From positions 1 through 57,872 of IMG/VR virus record IMGVR_UViG_3300032315_000356: a DNA stretch of 57,872 nt; one strand, written 5' to 3'. This document shows positions 18,438 to 27,788 of this stretch, one piece after another. Every line of letters begins with the position of its first letter. Position 1 is the first letter of the stretch. Origin of the DNA: a virus. Taxonomy: Duplodnaviria; Caudoviricetes. The position numbers and the translations under genes were made by a program. Under the pieces are notes generated by a model. The model was given only the letters and a program-made list of their open reading frames with translations, was not told the origin of the DNA and made no database searches.

Positions 18438-18938
18438 CTGCGCATCTTAACGTTAGAAAATCAATACTATGATCTAGAGACCCTTCCCGAAGAAGTAGAC
18501 GACTTGAGGTTTGCGATTCTAGATAACTCCGTACCGTCGAATGTGGATTATCATTACATTCCATTGATCTTTCTAGAGTCATTCAATTCTCCTGCACTCG
18601 TGCTAAAGATCGGAAATAGAACAATCAAGATGCCGGTTGATTGGCAAGTTCTTATTGGTGAACAGGAACACGGAGACTTAGAAACACTTCCTCTTTCTAG
18701 TCTGAATGACAGGGGATTCAATGCGTTTGAGTTCAACCCCCTATCGTCATTTGCCCCCACGTTTCAACCGATCGAAATTCTCGACATATATTCTGATGTC
18801 ACTTGGTATGCGCCTAGGCTTAAGAACGGACAATTTTTGTGTGTCCCGTTAGATGATACCCCTAAACCTCGTTGCGTTTACTTTGTAAAAGAAATCAGCA
18901 GAAACTGTGAAGTCGTAGATTACGGGAATGCTTGGTGA
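18438..18938 (+). CDS. Conserved phage protein with a probable CTG start; possible inactive Hint-like fold
   Basis: GGAG lies 7 nt before CTG CGC ATC TTA ACG (MRILTLEN...). There is an in-frame TAA at 18408-18410 and no ATG/GTG/TTG before 18504. Confidence 0.7.
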   Translation: MRILTLENQYYDLETLPEEVDDLRFAILDNSVPSNVDYHYIPLIFLESFNSPALVLKIGNRTIKMPVDWQVLIGEQEHGDLETLPLSSLNDRGFNAFEFNPLSSFAPTFQPIEILDIYSDVTWYAPRLKNGQFLCVPLDDTPKPRCVYFVKEISRNCEVVDYGNAW

Positions 18939-18980
18939 CATATTCTAATAACACAACGATAGTAATAACAGGACACAATA

Positions 18981-19124
18981 ATGGTTAATTTAGAAGTAGT
19001 AGCGAAGTTTCAAAAGCAACACAAGCATTCGGATATCAACGGGGTGATTAGAACGATGTATCCAAATATAAAAATCACGTTACGCAAGACATCTTACAAG
19101 AGGAGAGATACGCATGAAGTATAG
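18981..19124 (+). CDS. Small basic hypothetical protein (47 aa, below the ORF-track cutoff)
   Basis: SD agga; MVNLEVVAKFQKQHKHSDINGVIRTMYPNIKITLRKTSYKRRDTHEV. Confidence 0.45.
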   Translation: MVNLEVVAKFQKQHKHSDINGVIRTMYPNIKITLRKTSYKRRDTHEV

Positions 19125-19737
19125 AATCGAAATTACCGGCTGCGGCGGAGAAGCTCTAATCGGCAAAGTCAATCGCGAATTTTACAATCGCTTCATCGAT
19201 GATTCACTGGACATAGCTGACTATGTTTGGAACGAAGACTTCTTCACTGAAAATGAAGATGTTGTTATTCCAGAAGATATCCGTCCTTTTGAGCCTGGTG
19301 AATGGACCGAAGGCGCCTATATCGTACATGAATACGGAGTACCTGTAGATTCTCTTTACGTGACGGTGACACGAAGTGATGAAGTGATCCTAGATAACAT
19401 AGGGTCTTCGGTGTTATCTAATATCGGTGCGACATTCGAATCAGTAGAAGAATTCTTTACGGATGAATTGCTTGAAGATGGGGATACCCACATCGCTATA
19501 CAGTTGCAGGAGAAAGGGTTTTTCCAAAGCTATGAGTTCGACGCAGATAGTTTTAATCCTAACAGGTTGACATTTCAAATGAGTAGTATTGACGGCTGGG
19601 ACCTAGTAACTAGTATAATCTATGATGACCAAGAGCTAGAAGAATTGGGAGAGTTGTCAACCGTAGCCGGCCCAATAGGTCTAAGCGACGCCTGGCTTGG
19701 AAAAGTAGAAAAGGAAAATGAAAATGAAATGGTTTAG
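19114..19737 (+). CDS. Acidic hypothetical protein
   Basis: SD aggag; strongly D/E-rich. Confidence 0.7.
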   Translation: MKYRIEITGCGGEALIGKVNREFYNRFIDDSLDIADYVWNEDFFTENEDVVIPEDIRPFEPGEWTEGAYIVHEYGVPVDSLYVTVTRSDEVILDNIGSSVLSNIGATFESVEEFFTDELLEDGDTHIAIQLQEKGFFQSYEFDADSFNPNRLTFQMSSIDGWDLVTSIIYDDQELEELGELSTVAGPIGLSDAWLGKVEKENENEMV

Positions 19738-19993
19738 CAAACTGCTTAATAAAAAAAACGAAAATCATATTTACGCACTGAATTCGAAGAGGCAAGAACC
19801 TAAACTCTACATAGATGCTAAATCCTCGATTAGTTTTGCAATTTATCCAGCAAACGGGGGATATGTAGTAGAACATTCGTTGCGAAGACGACATGCAGAT
19901 TCCGATGGCACCACGCTGACATTGGTTAATCGGGAAGAAGATTTAGGAACTGCTATAGCTCATATCATTACATTAGAGTCATTAAAAGCATGA
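19718..19993 (+). CDS. Hypothetical protein
   Basis: SD aagga; F.IYPANGGYVVE motif; overlap-coupled. Confidence 0.65.
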   Translation: MKMKWFSKLLNKKNENHIYALNSKRQEPKLYIDAKSSISFAIYPANGGYVVEHSLRRRHADSDGTTLTLVNREEDLGTAIAHIITLESLKA

Positions 19994-20289
19994 AGAAGCC
20001 ACATCCATTTGCCGATGTTCCAGTCGCAAGAATACAGCTAGAACCAGACACGACGGACAAAGTTCATTATTTTCATCGGCTACACCGTTCTCCTGTGGGA
20101 CAATCTATCGTTAGACAACAGTTTCTTATTGCTGAGTTGACGATCCCGGATTATAAACTAGAAGAAGCTATCGACAAGGTTCGGGCTGATTGTGCTAATC
20201 ATTGGTACAATAGTATTATGGATGCGTCGATTTATGTGATATCATACAACAATAAACACCTAGTACTTCCTCATCCTCAAGCAATGTAA
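19990..20289 (+). CDS. Hypothetical protein
   Basis: ATGA overlap with the previous gene. Confidence 0.55.
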   Translation: MKKPHPFADVPVARIQLEPDTTDKVHYFHRLHRSPVGQSIVRQQFLIAELTIPDYKLEEAIDKVRADCANHWYNSIMDASIYVISYNNKHLVLPHPQAM

Positions 20290-20291
20290 GA

Positions 20292-20879
20292 ATGGCAAAA
20301 GAAAAACTACCAGCAGAACTTCAACTAGCAGACCAGGCTGTCAACTTGTTTGATGTTCTTGCTGCCCTAGATCGTAAAGATTACAACTATTATAAAAATC
20401 TAAGCGAGACCCAAAAAAAAGGTATTAGTTTTTATATACTAGTGCAGTGGATGAGTACTATCAAAGGTAATAAAGATACCCAATCTTATTATCTTCGAAG
20501 CACGGACTACCATGCCAATAAGTATCTATTTAACGAAAATGTACAGAAGCATCCGCACTTAGTGTGGTTGATGTTGTGTGCTGCAAGCCCAGGAATAGGT
20601 AAACAGTTTCATCAATGGATTCCGCAGATCAAAGACCGTGTCAGTAAACTAAAAGAATCTCCAAAAGTCAAAGAGATCAAGGAATATTTCAAGAAGATTT
20701 ATCCAAAAGTCGGAGAAAACGATATCGCCCTCATTAGCGAGGTCTACGTAGACTCTCATCGCAAAAGGATGTATCTTGCTAATAAGTATCCTAGTTTAAA
20801 GTATGATGAAATCGAGTTGTTAGGCGACCTTATCACAGATGAAGACATTGAACAGTATGAAAAAGATTCCGGCAACTAA
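20292..20879 (+). CDS. Putative clamp-loader A subunit (T4 gp62-like)
   Basis: Size and helical pattern (LFDVLAALDRKD...YILVQWMS...HP.L.W...KQFHQWI...IKEYF) resemble gp62; a gp44/RFC partner is at 44779. Confidence 0.45.
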   Translation: MAKEKLPAELQLADQAVNLFDVLAALDRKDYNYYKNLSETQKKGISFYILVQWMSTIKGNKDTQSYYLRSTDYHANKYLFNENVQKHPHLVWLMLCAASPGIGKQFHQWIPQIKDRVSKLKESPKVKEIKEYFKKIYPKVGENDIALISEVYVDSHRKRMYLANKYPSLKYDEIELLGDLITDEDIEQYEKDSGN

Positions 20880-21555
20880 GAGCGATTTTAGTTGTGAGTT
20901 CTGTGGAAGAGGTTTCCAGCGCGAAACTACAATGGGCAAACATTTATGTGAATCTAAAAGGCGGTGGCAGGACAAAGACTTGCCAGGCAATCGCATAGGA
21001 TTCCAATCTTGGATCAGGTTTTACGCAAAGAATACTGCAACAAAGAAACCTAAGACCTATCTAGACTTTACTAAGTCTGCATATTACCTAGCGTTTGTTA
21101 AGTTTGGGCATTATTGCGTCAACATAAAGTGTCTAAATGTTAACAGGTATGCTGATTGGTTATTAAAAAATGATATCAAGATTGATAGCTGGTGCAGTGA
21201 TGCAAACTACACTAAGTTTCTCATTCAACATCTAAAGGACGAAGATCCAATGGATGCTATTGCTCGTAGTATTGAGAACACGATTGAGCTTGCAAAAGCA
21301 ACAGGAATCGAAACGAAAGACTGCCTACGCTATGCAAATCGAAACAGACTAGTCTATGCTATCACTGCCGGAAAGATCAGTCCTTGGATGTTGTTTCACA
21401 GCGAGAGTGGCATCAAATTGATCGAAGACTTAGACGAATCGCAACAGAAGATGATCCTAGACTATATCAATCCAGAGCAATGGGCTATAAAGTTTAGGCG
21501 CGATTCAGTTATCGTTGTCCAGGTAAAGGAACTATTAGCAGCAGCAGGTTATTAA
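20857..21555 (+). CDS. Hypothetical protein with N-terminal zinc finger
   Basis: CEFCGRGFQRETTMGKHLC (C2HC-type); an alternative start exists at 20839. Confidence 0.7.
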   Translation: MKKIPATKSDFSCEFCGRGFQRETTMGKHLCESKRRWQDKDLPGNRIGFQSWIRFYAKNTATKKPKTYLDFTKSAYYLAFVKFGHYCVNIKCLNVNRYADWLLKNDIKIDSWCSDANYTKFLIQHLKDEDPMDAIARSIENTIELAKATGIETKDCLRYANRNRLVYAITAGKISPWMLFHSESGIKLIEDLDESQQKMILDYINPEQWAIKFRRDSVIVVQVKELLAAAGY

Positions 21556-21557
21556 GC

Positions 21558-21779
21558 ATGGCATACAGCAAACGGTTTACGTTGAGTTCAACTGTGTTTA
21601 ATGATCTAGTATTTTGGATGTTGGAATCAGGATATGATTGGAAACAGATCGGCATAAGCAATGATTATGTCAATCAGATTTTAGAACCAAAATGGGGAAT
21701 GCAGTTAATAAGCTGGCCAGACAGAGAGTTTGAAATCGTAGATGAATCCAAATATATAATATTTTTGTTGATGAAATAA
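21558..21779 (+). CDS. Small protein, F.L.W-terminal paralogue family
   Basis: C-terminus FEIVDESKYIIFLLMK. Confidence 0.65.
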   Translation: MAYSKRFTLSSTVFNDLVFWMLESGYDWKQIGISNDYVNQILEPKWGMQLISWPDREFEIVDESKYIIFLLMK

Positions 21780-22048
21780 TGGACAAGGTTGAACCTGTAG
21801 CTCGAACGATACAAATTATATCGGTGCAGCGTAAGATGCCCGACTATCCCAGCTATTGTGCCAATCCAATCATGTATTCTTTCTCTGAACTACTCAAGAT
21901 GGTCACTTGGTGCCATATGACATTCGGGAACTCCGGATACAACCATACTACTAAACGTATTGTTTGGGAGTGCCATCATGAATCTGACATTAGTTTTTGG
22001 TTTAAAGAAAAAAAACATGCCATGCTTTTTAAATTGAGGTGGGCTTGA
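21779..22048 (+). CDS. Small protein, F.L.W-terminal paralogue family
   Basis: WC..TFG motif; C-terminus FWFKEKKHAMLFKLRWA. Confidence 0.7.
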   Translation: MDKVEPVARTIQIISVQRKMPDYPSYCANPIMYSFSELLKMVTWCHMTFGNSGYNHTTKRIVWECHHESDISFWFKEKKHAMLFKLRWA

Positions 22049-22296
22049 TGCAAGATCAGCAGCTGGCAAACTACGACAGCAGTAAAGGTTGGGAAAATAC
22101 TAATCCGGGCTGGTACGAAACAGCCGTGATATTTGATCCAAACGGTCATGTTTACTATACTGATATGCTCGACTGGTTATATAACCAAATCGACAGTTGC
22201 GAGAAACACAGTAGGTGGGGATTTGTTGACGGAATATGGAAAGTTAAGTTTAGATATGAGAGAGATTTTATATGGTTCAGACTAGTATGGGGTTAA
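22048..22296 (+). CDS. Small protein, F.L.W-terminal paralogue family
   Basis: TGATG coupling; C-terminus VKFRYERDFIWFRLVWG. Confidence 0.7.
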   Translation: MQDQQLANYDSSKGWENTNPGWYETAVIFDPNGHVYYTDMLDWLYNQIDSCEKHSRWGFVDGIWKVKFRYERDFIWFRLVWG

Positions 22297-22559
22297 CTTC
22301 TTATCAAGATGAAATAATTGATGCAGTGCCCCAGACGCAGAAGATCAAGAAGAAGATTGATGTAGATGGTGTCTGGGAAGACAGACTGTTCATTCGCATT
22401 CCGATCGGATCGGAACGTATATCTAGAACCGCCGGAAAGCTAGAGCATTGGTGTCGTGACCATTACAAGGAACCGAGATATCTTGGCAATTGGTTCAAAG
22501 TACCTGGCTACATCATATTAGATGAAAAGACATATACCCACTATAAATTGTGCGAATAG
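22272..22559 (+). CDS. Small hypothetical protein, divergent member of the same family
   Basis: LEHWCRDHY...ILDEKTYTHYKL; the start could be 22287. Confidence 0.6.
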   Translation: MVQTSMGLTSYQDEIIDAVPQTQKIKKKIDVDGVWEDRLFIRIPIGSERISRTAGKLEHWCRDHYKEPRYLGNWFKVPGYIILDEKTYTHYKLCE

Positions 22560-22571
22560 ATTTATTTGTAC

Positions 22572-22600
22572 TTGACATCCACTAAATCATCGTGTATTAT
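22572..22600 (+). promoter_or_regulatory. sigma70-type promoter
   Basis: TTGACA-17bp-TATTAT. Confidence 0.8.
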
Positions 22601-22632
22601 GATGATATACTAAAAAGAAAGGTGAATTTTAT

Positions 22633-23184
22633 ATGGCTACTGCCATCATGCTAGACATGGAAACGCTTGACACAGCTACGTCAACTGTTATTCTCACTAT
22701 CGGTGCGGTACTGTTTGACCCAATGGGTTCTGGTGTTATTGAGCGCCTAGAACTTCGTCCTACGATAGATGAGCAGACCGATGTATATAATCGCACTATA
22801 AGTGATGATACCCTGCGTTGGTGGAGTGAACAGAGTTCCGAAGCCATCAATGAAGCGATGGGCGACCGTGATCGTATTAGCTATCGTGAATGTATGGAAC
22901 AACTTTACAAGTTCTGTTGGAACAAAAAGAATATCTGGTCCAATGGTTCTGTATTTGACATCATGATCGCAGAGTCGGCCTTCAAAGACCTAGAGATGCG
23001 TGTACCCTGGCAGTTTTGGGCCATTCGAGATTGTCGCACGATATATGATATTGCAGGTGTCAGTCTCAAGGACGGCGGGCATGTTACCTCGCACAAAGCA
23101 GTAGAAGATGCGGAACATCAAGCGATTGTAGTTCAGCGTGCATATCAAAAACTCTATAATGCAGGTTTTATTCACCTCAAGTGA
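22633..23184 (+). CDS. DEDDh 3'-5' exonuclease (Rv2179c/DnaQ-like)
   Basis: MLDMETL, WSNG..FD, RDCRT, HKAVEDAEHQA. Confidence 0.9.
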   Translation: MATAIMLDMETLDTATSTVILTIGAVLFDPMGSGVIERLELRPTIDEQTDVYNRTISDDTLRWWSEQSSEAINEAMGDRDRISYRECMEQLYKFCWNKKNIWSNGSVFDIMIAESAFKDLEMRVPWQFWAIRDCRTIYDIAGVSLKDGGHVTSHKAVEDAEHQAIVVQRAYQKLYNAGFIHLK

Positions 23185-23462
23185 TGAGAATGAATGTTCC
23201 TAATAACATCGAAGACTTTGACTCAGATGATCCTGATATCGAGTTTCGCAAGAAACGACAGGACTATTGGAACATGATCAGGAAAGTCCTTGTCAAGGCT
23301 ATCGACGAAGACTTACTCGAAAATTTCGATCTTGCCAACTTCAGCACTCACTTAGAACGAAACTATGGTCTTAGGATACATATCGTTGACGGTATGATTA
23401 CCGATAAGTTTGACATTGTTGATGAAAAGTTATATGTTTTGTTTCTATTGAAATGGAAATAG
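23184..23462 (+). CDS. Small protein, F.L.W-terminal paralogue family
   Basis: C-terminus FDIVDEKLYVLFLLKWK. Confidence 0.7.
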   Translation: MRMNVPNNIEDFDSDDPDIEFRKKRQDYWNMIRKVLVKAIDEDLLENFDLANFSTHLERNYGLRIHIVDGMITDKFDIVDEKLYVLFLLKWK

Positions 23463-24041
23463 ATGAGAATTGATTCAGACGTTGATATTGACACAGGCGA
23501 CCGTGACAAGATACTTAGCTTGATCAAATATATTCCTGCGTCGATGAGAAACGTAAATCCTATCAGGAAACATGCATCTGGGGTATACCTCACTAGTATA
23601 CCGTATGATCCTATTTATGACATGGCGTCTATCGACTACAAGGAAGCTGAAGATCGCGGATATTTTAAACTAGATTTACTAAATGTTCACGTCTACAATC
23701 TAGTTCGTGATGAAGAACATCTGATTAGCTTGATGCAAGAACCAGATTGGTCAATGTTGAAAAATAGGAAAGTTGTCGAGCAACTGATACACCTAGGTAA
23801 TCAATATAATACAATCAGACGAATGCCGGAACCCATAGATTCTATTCCTAGACTAGCGATGTTTCTAGCAGTAATCAGACCTGCAAAACGACATCTATTA
23901 AACAAGTCTTGGAAAGAGATCAACGAAACAGTCTGGGATAAAGATGATACTGGCTACCATTTTAAGCGTTCGCATAGCCTTGCCTACGCAATGCTGGTTG
24001 TGGTTCATCTTAATCTTTTGACAGAAGCTGCACGAGTTTGA
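23463..24041 (+). CDS. DNA polymerase III alpha (DnaE)-like, C-terminal catalytic half
   Basis: SDVDID (cf. PDFDVD), KHASGV (cf. HAGGV), YFKLDLL (cf. KFDFLG), LAVIRP (cf. ALFRPG), GYHFKRSHSLAYA (cf. GYGFNKSHSAAYA). Confidence 0.88.
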   Translation: MRIDSDVDIDTGDRDKILSLIKYIPASMRNVNPIRKHASGVYLTSIPYDPIYDMASIDYKEAEDRGYFKLDLLNVHVYNLVRDEEHLISLMQEPDWSMLKNRKVVEQLIHLGNQYNTIRRMPEPIDSIPRLAMFLAVIRPAKRHLLNKSWKEINETVWDKDDTGYHFKRSHSLAYAMLVVVHLNLLTEAARV

Positions 24042-24148
24042 TCACCTGCTAGGAATCACGTTCGATCAAAGGGCCGGGAACTTGTATCAAGATAGCCAAA
24101 GAGAAACGCAAGAAAAACTTAGCAAAAGTAATCAAGGCATCCGTTTAA
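24028..24148 (+). pseudogene. def: Peptide deformylase C-terminal remnant (frameshifted)
   Basis: LHEFDHLLGITFDQRAGNL (HExDH..G..F metal motif) from 24028, then a frameshift at about 24085 into IKIAKEKRKKNLAKVIKASV*. No start codon and no N-terminal motifs. Confidence 0.7.
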
Positions 24149-24512
24149 TGAACATGACGCTTTTGCGCTTTGCTCGCTTTTTCATGAAATCGGTCATGCT
24201 AACGACCGGGCCATAGACGATATCTAAGCTCTTATTATTAAAAGTACGAATATAAGGTTTAAAGATACCCCATTCTTCTTTTAAGAACATGTTAATGGGA
24301 ATCGTTCTATTTGATTCCCACCACCAGACTTCACCTAATTCTAAGAATTTTGTTCTTAGTTCAGGGAGAACCAATGAACCATAGTCATACATTGTAGTGA
24401 CCATGTAATCTCGATTCTGAATAATACCAACATAGTCTTGCTGGGCATAGGAACAGACCGTTATAAACGGGTAATTTTCGTTTAGTTTCTTAAAAAAATC
24501 GGGTGTATTCAT
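24132..24512 (-). CDS. Conserved hypothetical protein
   Basis: One of only two credible minus-strand genes; preceded by GTAAATA on the minus strand (24522-24528); WWWESNR..PIN.FL motif. Confidence 0.75.
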   Translation of the reverse strand: MNTPDFFKKLNENYPFITVCSYAQQDYVGIIQNRDYMVTTMYDYGSLVLPELRTKFLELGEVWWWESNRTIPINMFLKEEWGIFKPYIRTFNNKSLDIVYGPVVSMTDFMKKRAKRKSVMFIKRMP

Positions 24513-24566
24513 GCTAAAGTATATTTACACCAAAATTTCCAAAGTTAATATTTTCATATTATAGGG

Positions 24567-24574
24567 CATAAATA
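24567..24574 (+). promoter_or_regulatory. Late-type promoter (TAAATA box)
   Basis: CATAAATA upstream of a structural gene, divergent from the minus-strand GTAAATA at 24522-24528. Confidence 0.7.
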
Positions 24575-24594
24575 TAGATACTAAGGAGCATCTC

Positions 24595-25371
24595 GTGTAC
24601 GCAACGTCAGTATTCTATTATTTTCAAAGACAGATCGTGGTACTCCTATTAGGAAACTCAGTGAGGAAATACATGCCGCAGTATAGCAAGCCCCTCGTAC
24701 TAAACAGAGGGGTGGATAATCAGATACAATTCCAGTTTTTGGATCAGCAGCAAAAACCAATTGACATTACTGGTAAAGAGATCATCTGTAGGGTTATCAA
24801 CTATGATGGCACTGAAGTTCTTATCCAGAAAGCTCTTAGTTTACAATTAGCATTGACTGGAATCGCAGCACTTGAACTTAATGCCGCAGAAGTCGAGGAC
24901 ATTCCTGCACAGAAATGTTATTATTCATTGGAGATTCCCGTTGGCGCATTTAACTATCCGGTATTCGTAGATCAGAATGCAGGAGCTCGCGGGGTGTTGA
25001 ATGTAGTTGACTCGGTGCTCCCGTCGTTCGTGCCGTCATCCAACATTACCATTCCAACTGGTCAACCTTTCCCTAATCTCAATAATCAAACCGAGTGGAC
25101 ATTGCCAGCCAATGCCCGCGCATACTATAGCAGCGTGATCAATACTCAGGATAATCCAATACTCACGATCCAAACCACATTCAACGAATACAACGGCAAT
25201 GTTCTCATTGAAGGATCCTGTCAGCCAGACTCTGAGTGGTACCCGATAACTGATGATTACTACGCCAATACGAGTGACACGGTTGGATATACTATCAGGG
25301 GCTATCATCCATTCGTGAGAATGGTATTCGAATCTGACTCAGGTGAAGTTACAAAGATTTTGGCTAGATAA
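24595..25371 (+). CDS. Putative virion structural protein (Ig/BppU-like N-terminal domain)
   Basis: SD aaggag with GTG start; RGVDNQIQFQFLDQQQKPIDITG...YYSLE pattern; late promoter. Confidence 0.6.
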   Translation: MYATSVFYYFQRQIVVLLLGNSVRKYMPQYSKPLVLNRGVDNQIQFQFLDQQQKPIDITGKEIICRVINYDGTEVLIQKALSLQLALTGIAALELNAAEVEDIPAQKCYYSLEIPVGAFNYPVFVDQNAGARGVLNVVDSVLPSFVPSSNITIPTGQPFPNLNNQTEWTLPANARAYYSSVINTQDNPILTIQTTFNEYNGNVLIEGSCQPDSEWYPITDDYYANTSDTVGYTIRGYHPFVRMVFESDSGEVTKILAR

Positions 25372-25385
25372 CATAACCGTAATAC

Positions 25386-25413
25386 TTGATTTTTATATCA
25401 AATATGCTACGAT
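25386..25413 (+). promoter_or_regulatory. sigma70-type promoter, ATG near +1
   Basis: TTGATT-16bp-TACGAT; ATG at 25419 with no SD. Confidence 0.55.
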
Positions 25414-25418
25414 AGATT

Positions 25419-26390
25419 ATGTTTGATGTCCTAACCCTTATTCAAGGCAAGAAAAAGCGTACACAAGATGGCTGGTATAGCTTCAACGCTCCCTGCTGTC
25501 ATCATCGCGGACATAATGTTGACAAAAGAATGCGAGGTGGCATCAAACAAAACGGTGACAACTGGTCTTTTCATTGTTTCAACTGTGATTTTAAGTGTAG
25601 CTTTATATTAGGTAGACAATTTTCGTTTCCAACCAAACAGTTTCTTGGTTGGTTGGGTGTCGACGAGAGTCAGATTACCAGATGGAATCTAGAAAATCTA
25701 CGACATAAGGACTTGATCGAATACGTTACCGAGACCAAACAAAAATTTAATCTCAAATTCGATGAAGTTCAGCTTCCTGTAGCTGAACTATTAGACGAGA
25801 ATAATCCAAAGCATAAACGATTCGTAGATTATGTCAACAGTAGGGGACTGAAAGCTACGGATTATCCGTTCATGGTTACTCCAGATGACCATGGAAGAAA
25901 TAATAATAGAATCATCATTCCCTATACATACAAGAATAAGATAGTGGGACACACTAGTCGTTATCTTGATAACCGCGCACCCAAATTTATTAAAGATCAA
26001 CAATCTGGTTTTGTATTTGGATATGATTTACAGAAACCAAACTGGGAAGTATGTATTGTAGTTGAAGGCATATTCGATGCACTGTCTCTTAACGCATTAG
26101 CACTTACACACAACACAATTAGTGAAGAACAAGCAGGACTTATACGTAAACTTAATAGACGAGTCATTGTCGTCCCTGATCAGGATAAAACAGGATTACT
26201 GATATGCGAGCAAGCATTAGAGTTCGGGTTTCAAGTATCTATTCCAGCCTGGGGTTCAGAAGTAAAAGATGTGAATGATGCCGTACTAAAATATGGTAAA
26301 CTACCGACACTTTTATCTATCTTACAAAATGCGACAACCAGTAAAATCAAAGTAGAAATGGCGAAAAGAAAACATGATAAAAAACTTTAA
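25419..26390 (+). CDS. DNA primase
   Basis: Zn finger (PCC...HCFNC), RIIIP, TOPRIM VVEGIFDAL, PDQD, KDVND. Confidence 0.92.
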   Translation: MFDVLTLIQGKKKRTQDGWYSFNAPCCHHRGHNVDKRMRGGIKQNGDNWSFHCFNCDFKCSFILGRQFSFPTKQFLGWLGVDESQITRWNLENLRHKDLIEYVTETKQKFNLKFDEVQLPVAELLDENNPKHKRFVDYVNSRGLKATDYPFMVTPDDHGRNNNRIIIPYTYKNKIVGHTSRYLDNRAPKFIKDQQSGFVFGYDLQKPNWEVCIVVEGIFDALSLNALALTHNTISEEQAGLIRKLNRRVIVVPDQDKTGLLICEQALEFGFQVSIPAWGSEVKDVNDAVLKYGKLPTLLSILQNATTSKIKVEMAKRKHDKKL

Positions 26391-27774
26391 CGCAGATGTG
26401 CAAGAACTATTCTTGAGAATGATGGTTACGAATGCGGAACTTTATACTCGTGTTATGAATATCATGAATCCAGCAAATTTTGATCGTACTCTTCGACCCG
26501 TTGCAGAATTCATAGTAGAACATTCTACAAAGTATAGCGTGATGCCTGATCCTTTGCAGATCAAAGCAACGACCGGAACAACTATCGATACTATCCCTGA
26601 ACTAGATGAGGGGCACTACGATTGGTTCTTGGAAGAATTTGAATCATTCACAAAACGTCAGGAGCTTGAACGAGCTATCCTCAAAGCAGCCGACATGCTT
26701 GAGAAGGGAGAATTCGATCCAGTCGAGAAACTGATCAAAGACGCAGTTCAGATCAGCCTCCAACGCGATATGGGCACTGATTACTTTGCTGATCCCAAAC
26801 AGCGCATCCATAAGTATTTCAACGCAGGCGGACAAGTCAGCACTGGCTGGCCTCAGATGGATCGGTTGTTGTATGGTGGATTTAGTCGCGGAGAGTTAAA
26901 CATATTCGCAGGTGGTTCTGGTTCTGGTAAGTCACTTGTCATGATGAACATCGCGTTAAACTGGCTACAGAGAGGCCTCAGCGGCGTGTATGTCAGTCTC
27001 GAACTATCAGAAGAACTGACTTCGTTGCGCACAGATGCGATGTTGACCAGCATGAGTACGAGAGACATTCGTAAGGACATCGAAACGACTGGCTTGAAGG
27101 TCGTGATGATGGGCAAGAAGTCCGGTAAGTATCGGGTTAAGGGTATGCCGGCGCAAAGCACTGTAAACGACATTCGTAGCTATCTCAAAGAAGTTCAGAT
27201 TCAGACCGGAATCAAGGTAGACTTCGTGATGATCGACTACCTCGATCTTGTCATGCCGGTCAGCGTGAAAGTCAATCCTAATGATCAGTTTATCAAGGAT
27301 AAGTATGTGTCAGAAGAACTTAGAAACCTAGCGAAAGAACTAGGCGTTCTCATGGTAACTGCGTCGCAATTGAATCGTTCAGCGGTTGAAGAGATCGAGT
27401 TCGACCACAGTCACATCGCAGGAGGTATCTCAAAGATCAATACTGCTGACAATGTATTTGGTATCTTTACTTCTCGTTCGATGCGCGAACGCGGCAAATA
27501 TCAGATCCAATGTATGAAATCTCGTAGTTCGACTGGCGTAGGTCAAAAGATTGACTTAGAATATAACATCGAGACTATGCGTATTACTGATGAAGACCCA
27601 GAAGGTGATAGCAAGCCACCGCCTAGTGCAAGCCAGATCATGAGTCAGATCAAGAATACTAGCACTGTCGGGACGAATATAGATATATCACATCCATCCA
27701 TTGAAGAAAAACGAGTAGTTCCTGACATTCAAAGCGCAAAATTAAAATCTCTATTAAATTCCCTTAAGAAATGA
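26374..27774 (+). CDS. Replicative DnaB-like helicase (T4 gp41-like)
   Basis: GGSGSGKS, VSLELSE, IDYLDL, TASQLNR, MKSR. Confidence 0.93.
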   Translation: MIKNFNADVQELFLRMMVTNAELYTRVMNIMNPANFDRTLRPVAEFIVEHSTKYSVMPDPLQIKATTGTTIDTIPELDEGHYDWFLEEFESFTKRQELERAILKAADMLEKGEFDPVEKLIKDAVQISLQRDMGTDYFADPKQRIHKYFNAGGQVSTGWPQMDRLLYGGFSRGELNIFAGGSGSGKSLVMMNIALNWLQRGLSGVYVSLELSEELTSLRTDAMLTSMSTRDIRKDIETTGLKVVMMGKKSGKYRVKGMPAQSTVNDIRSYLKEVQIQTGIKVDFVMIDYLDLVMPVSVKVNPNDQFIKDKYVSEELRNLAKELGVLMVTASQLNRSAVEEIEFDHSHIAGGISKINTADNVFGIFTSRSMRERGKYQIQCMKSRSSTGVGQKIDLEYNIETMRITDEDPEGDSKPPPSASQIMSQIKNTSTVGTNIDISHPSIEEKRVVPDIQSAKLKSLLNSLKK

Positions 27775-27788
27775 TTTTGTTTCTTTCG

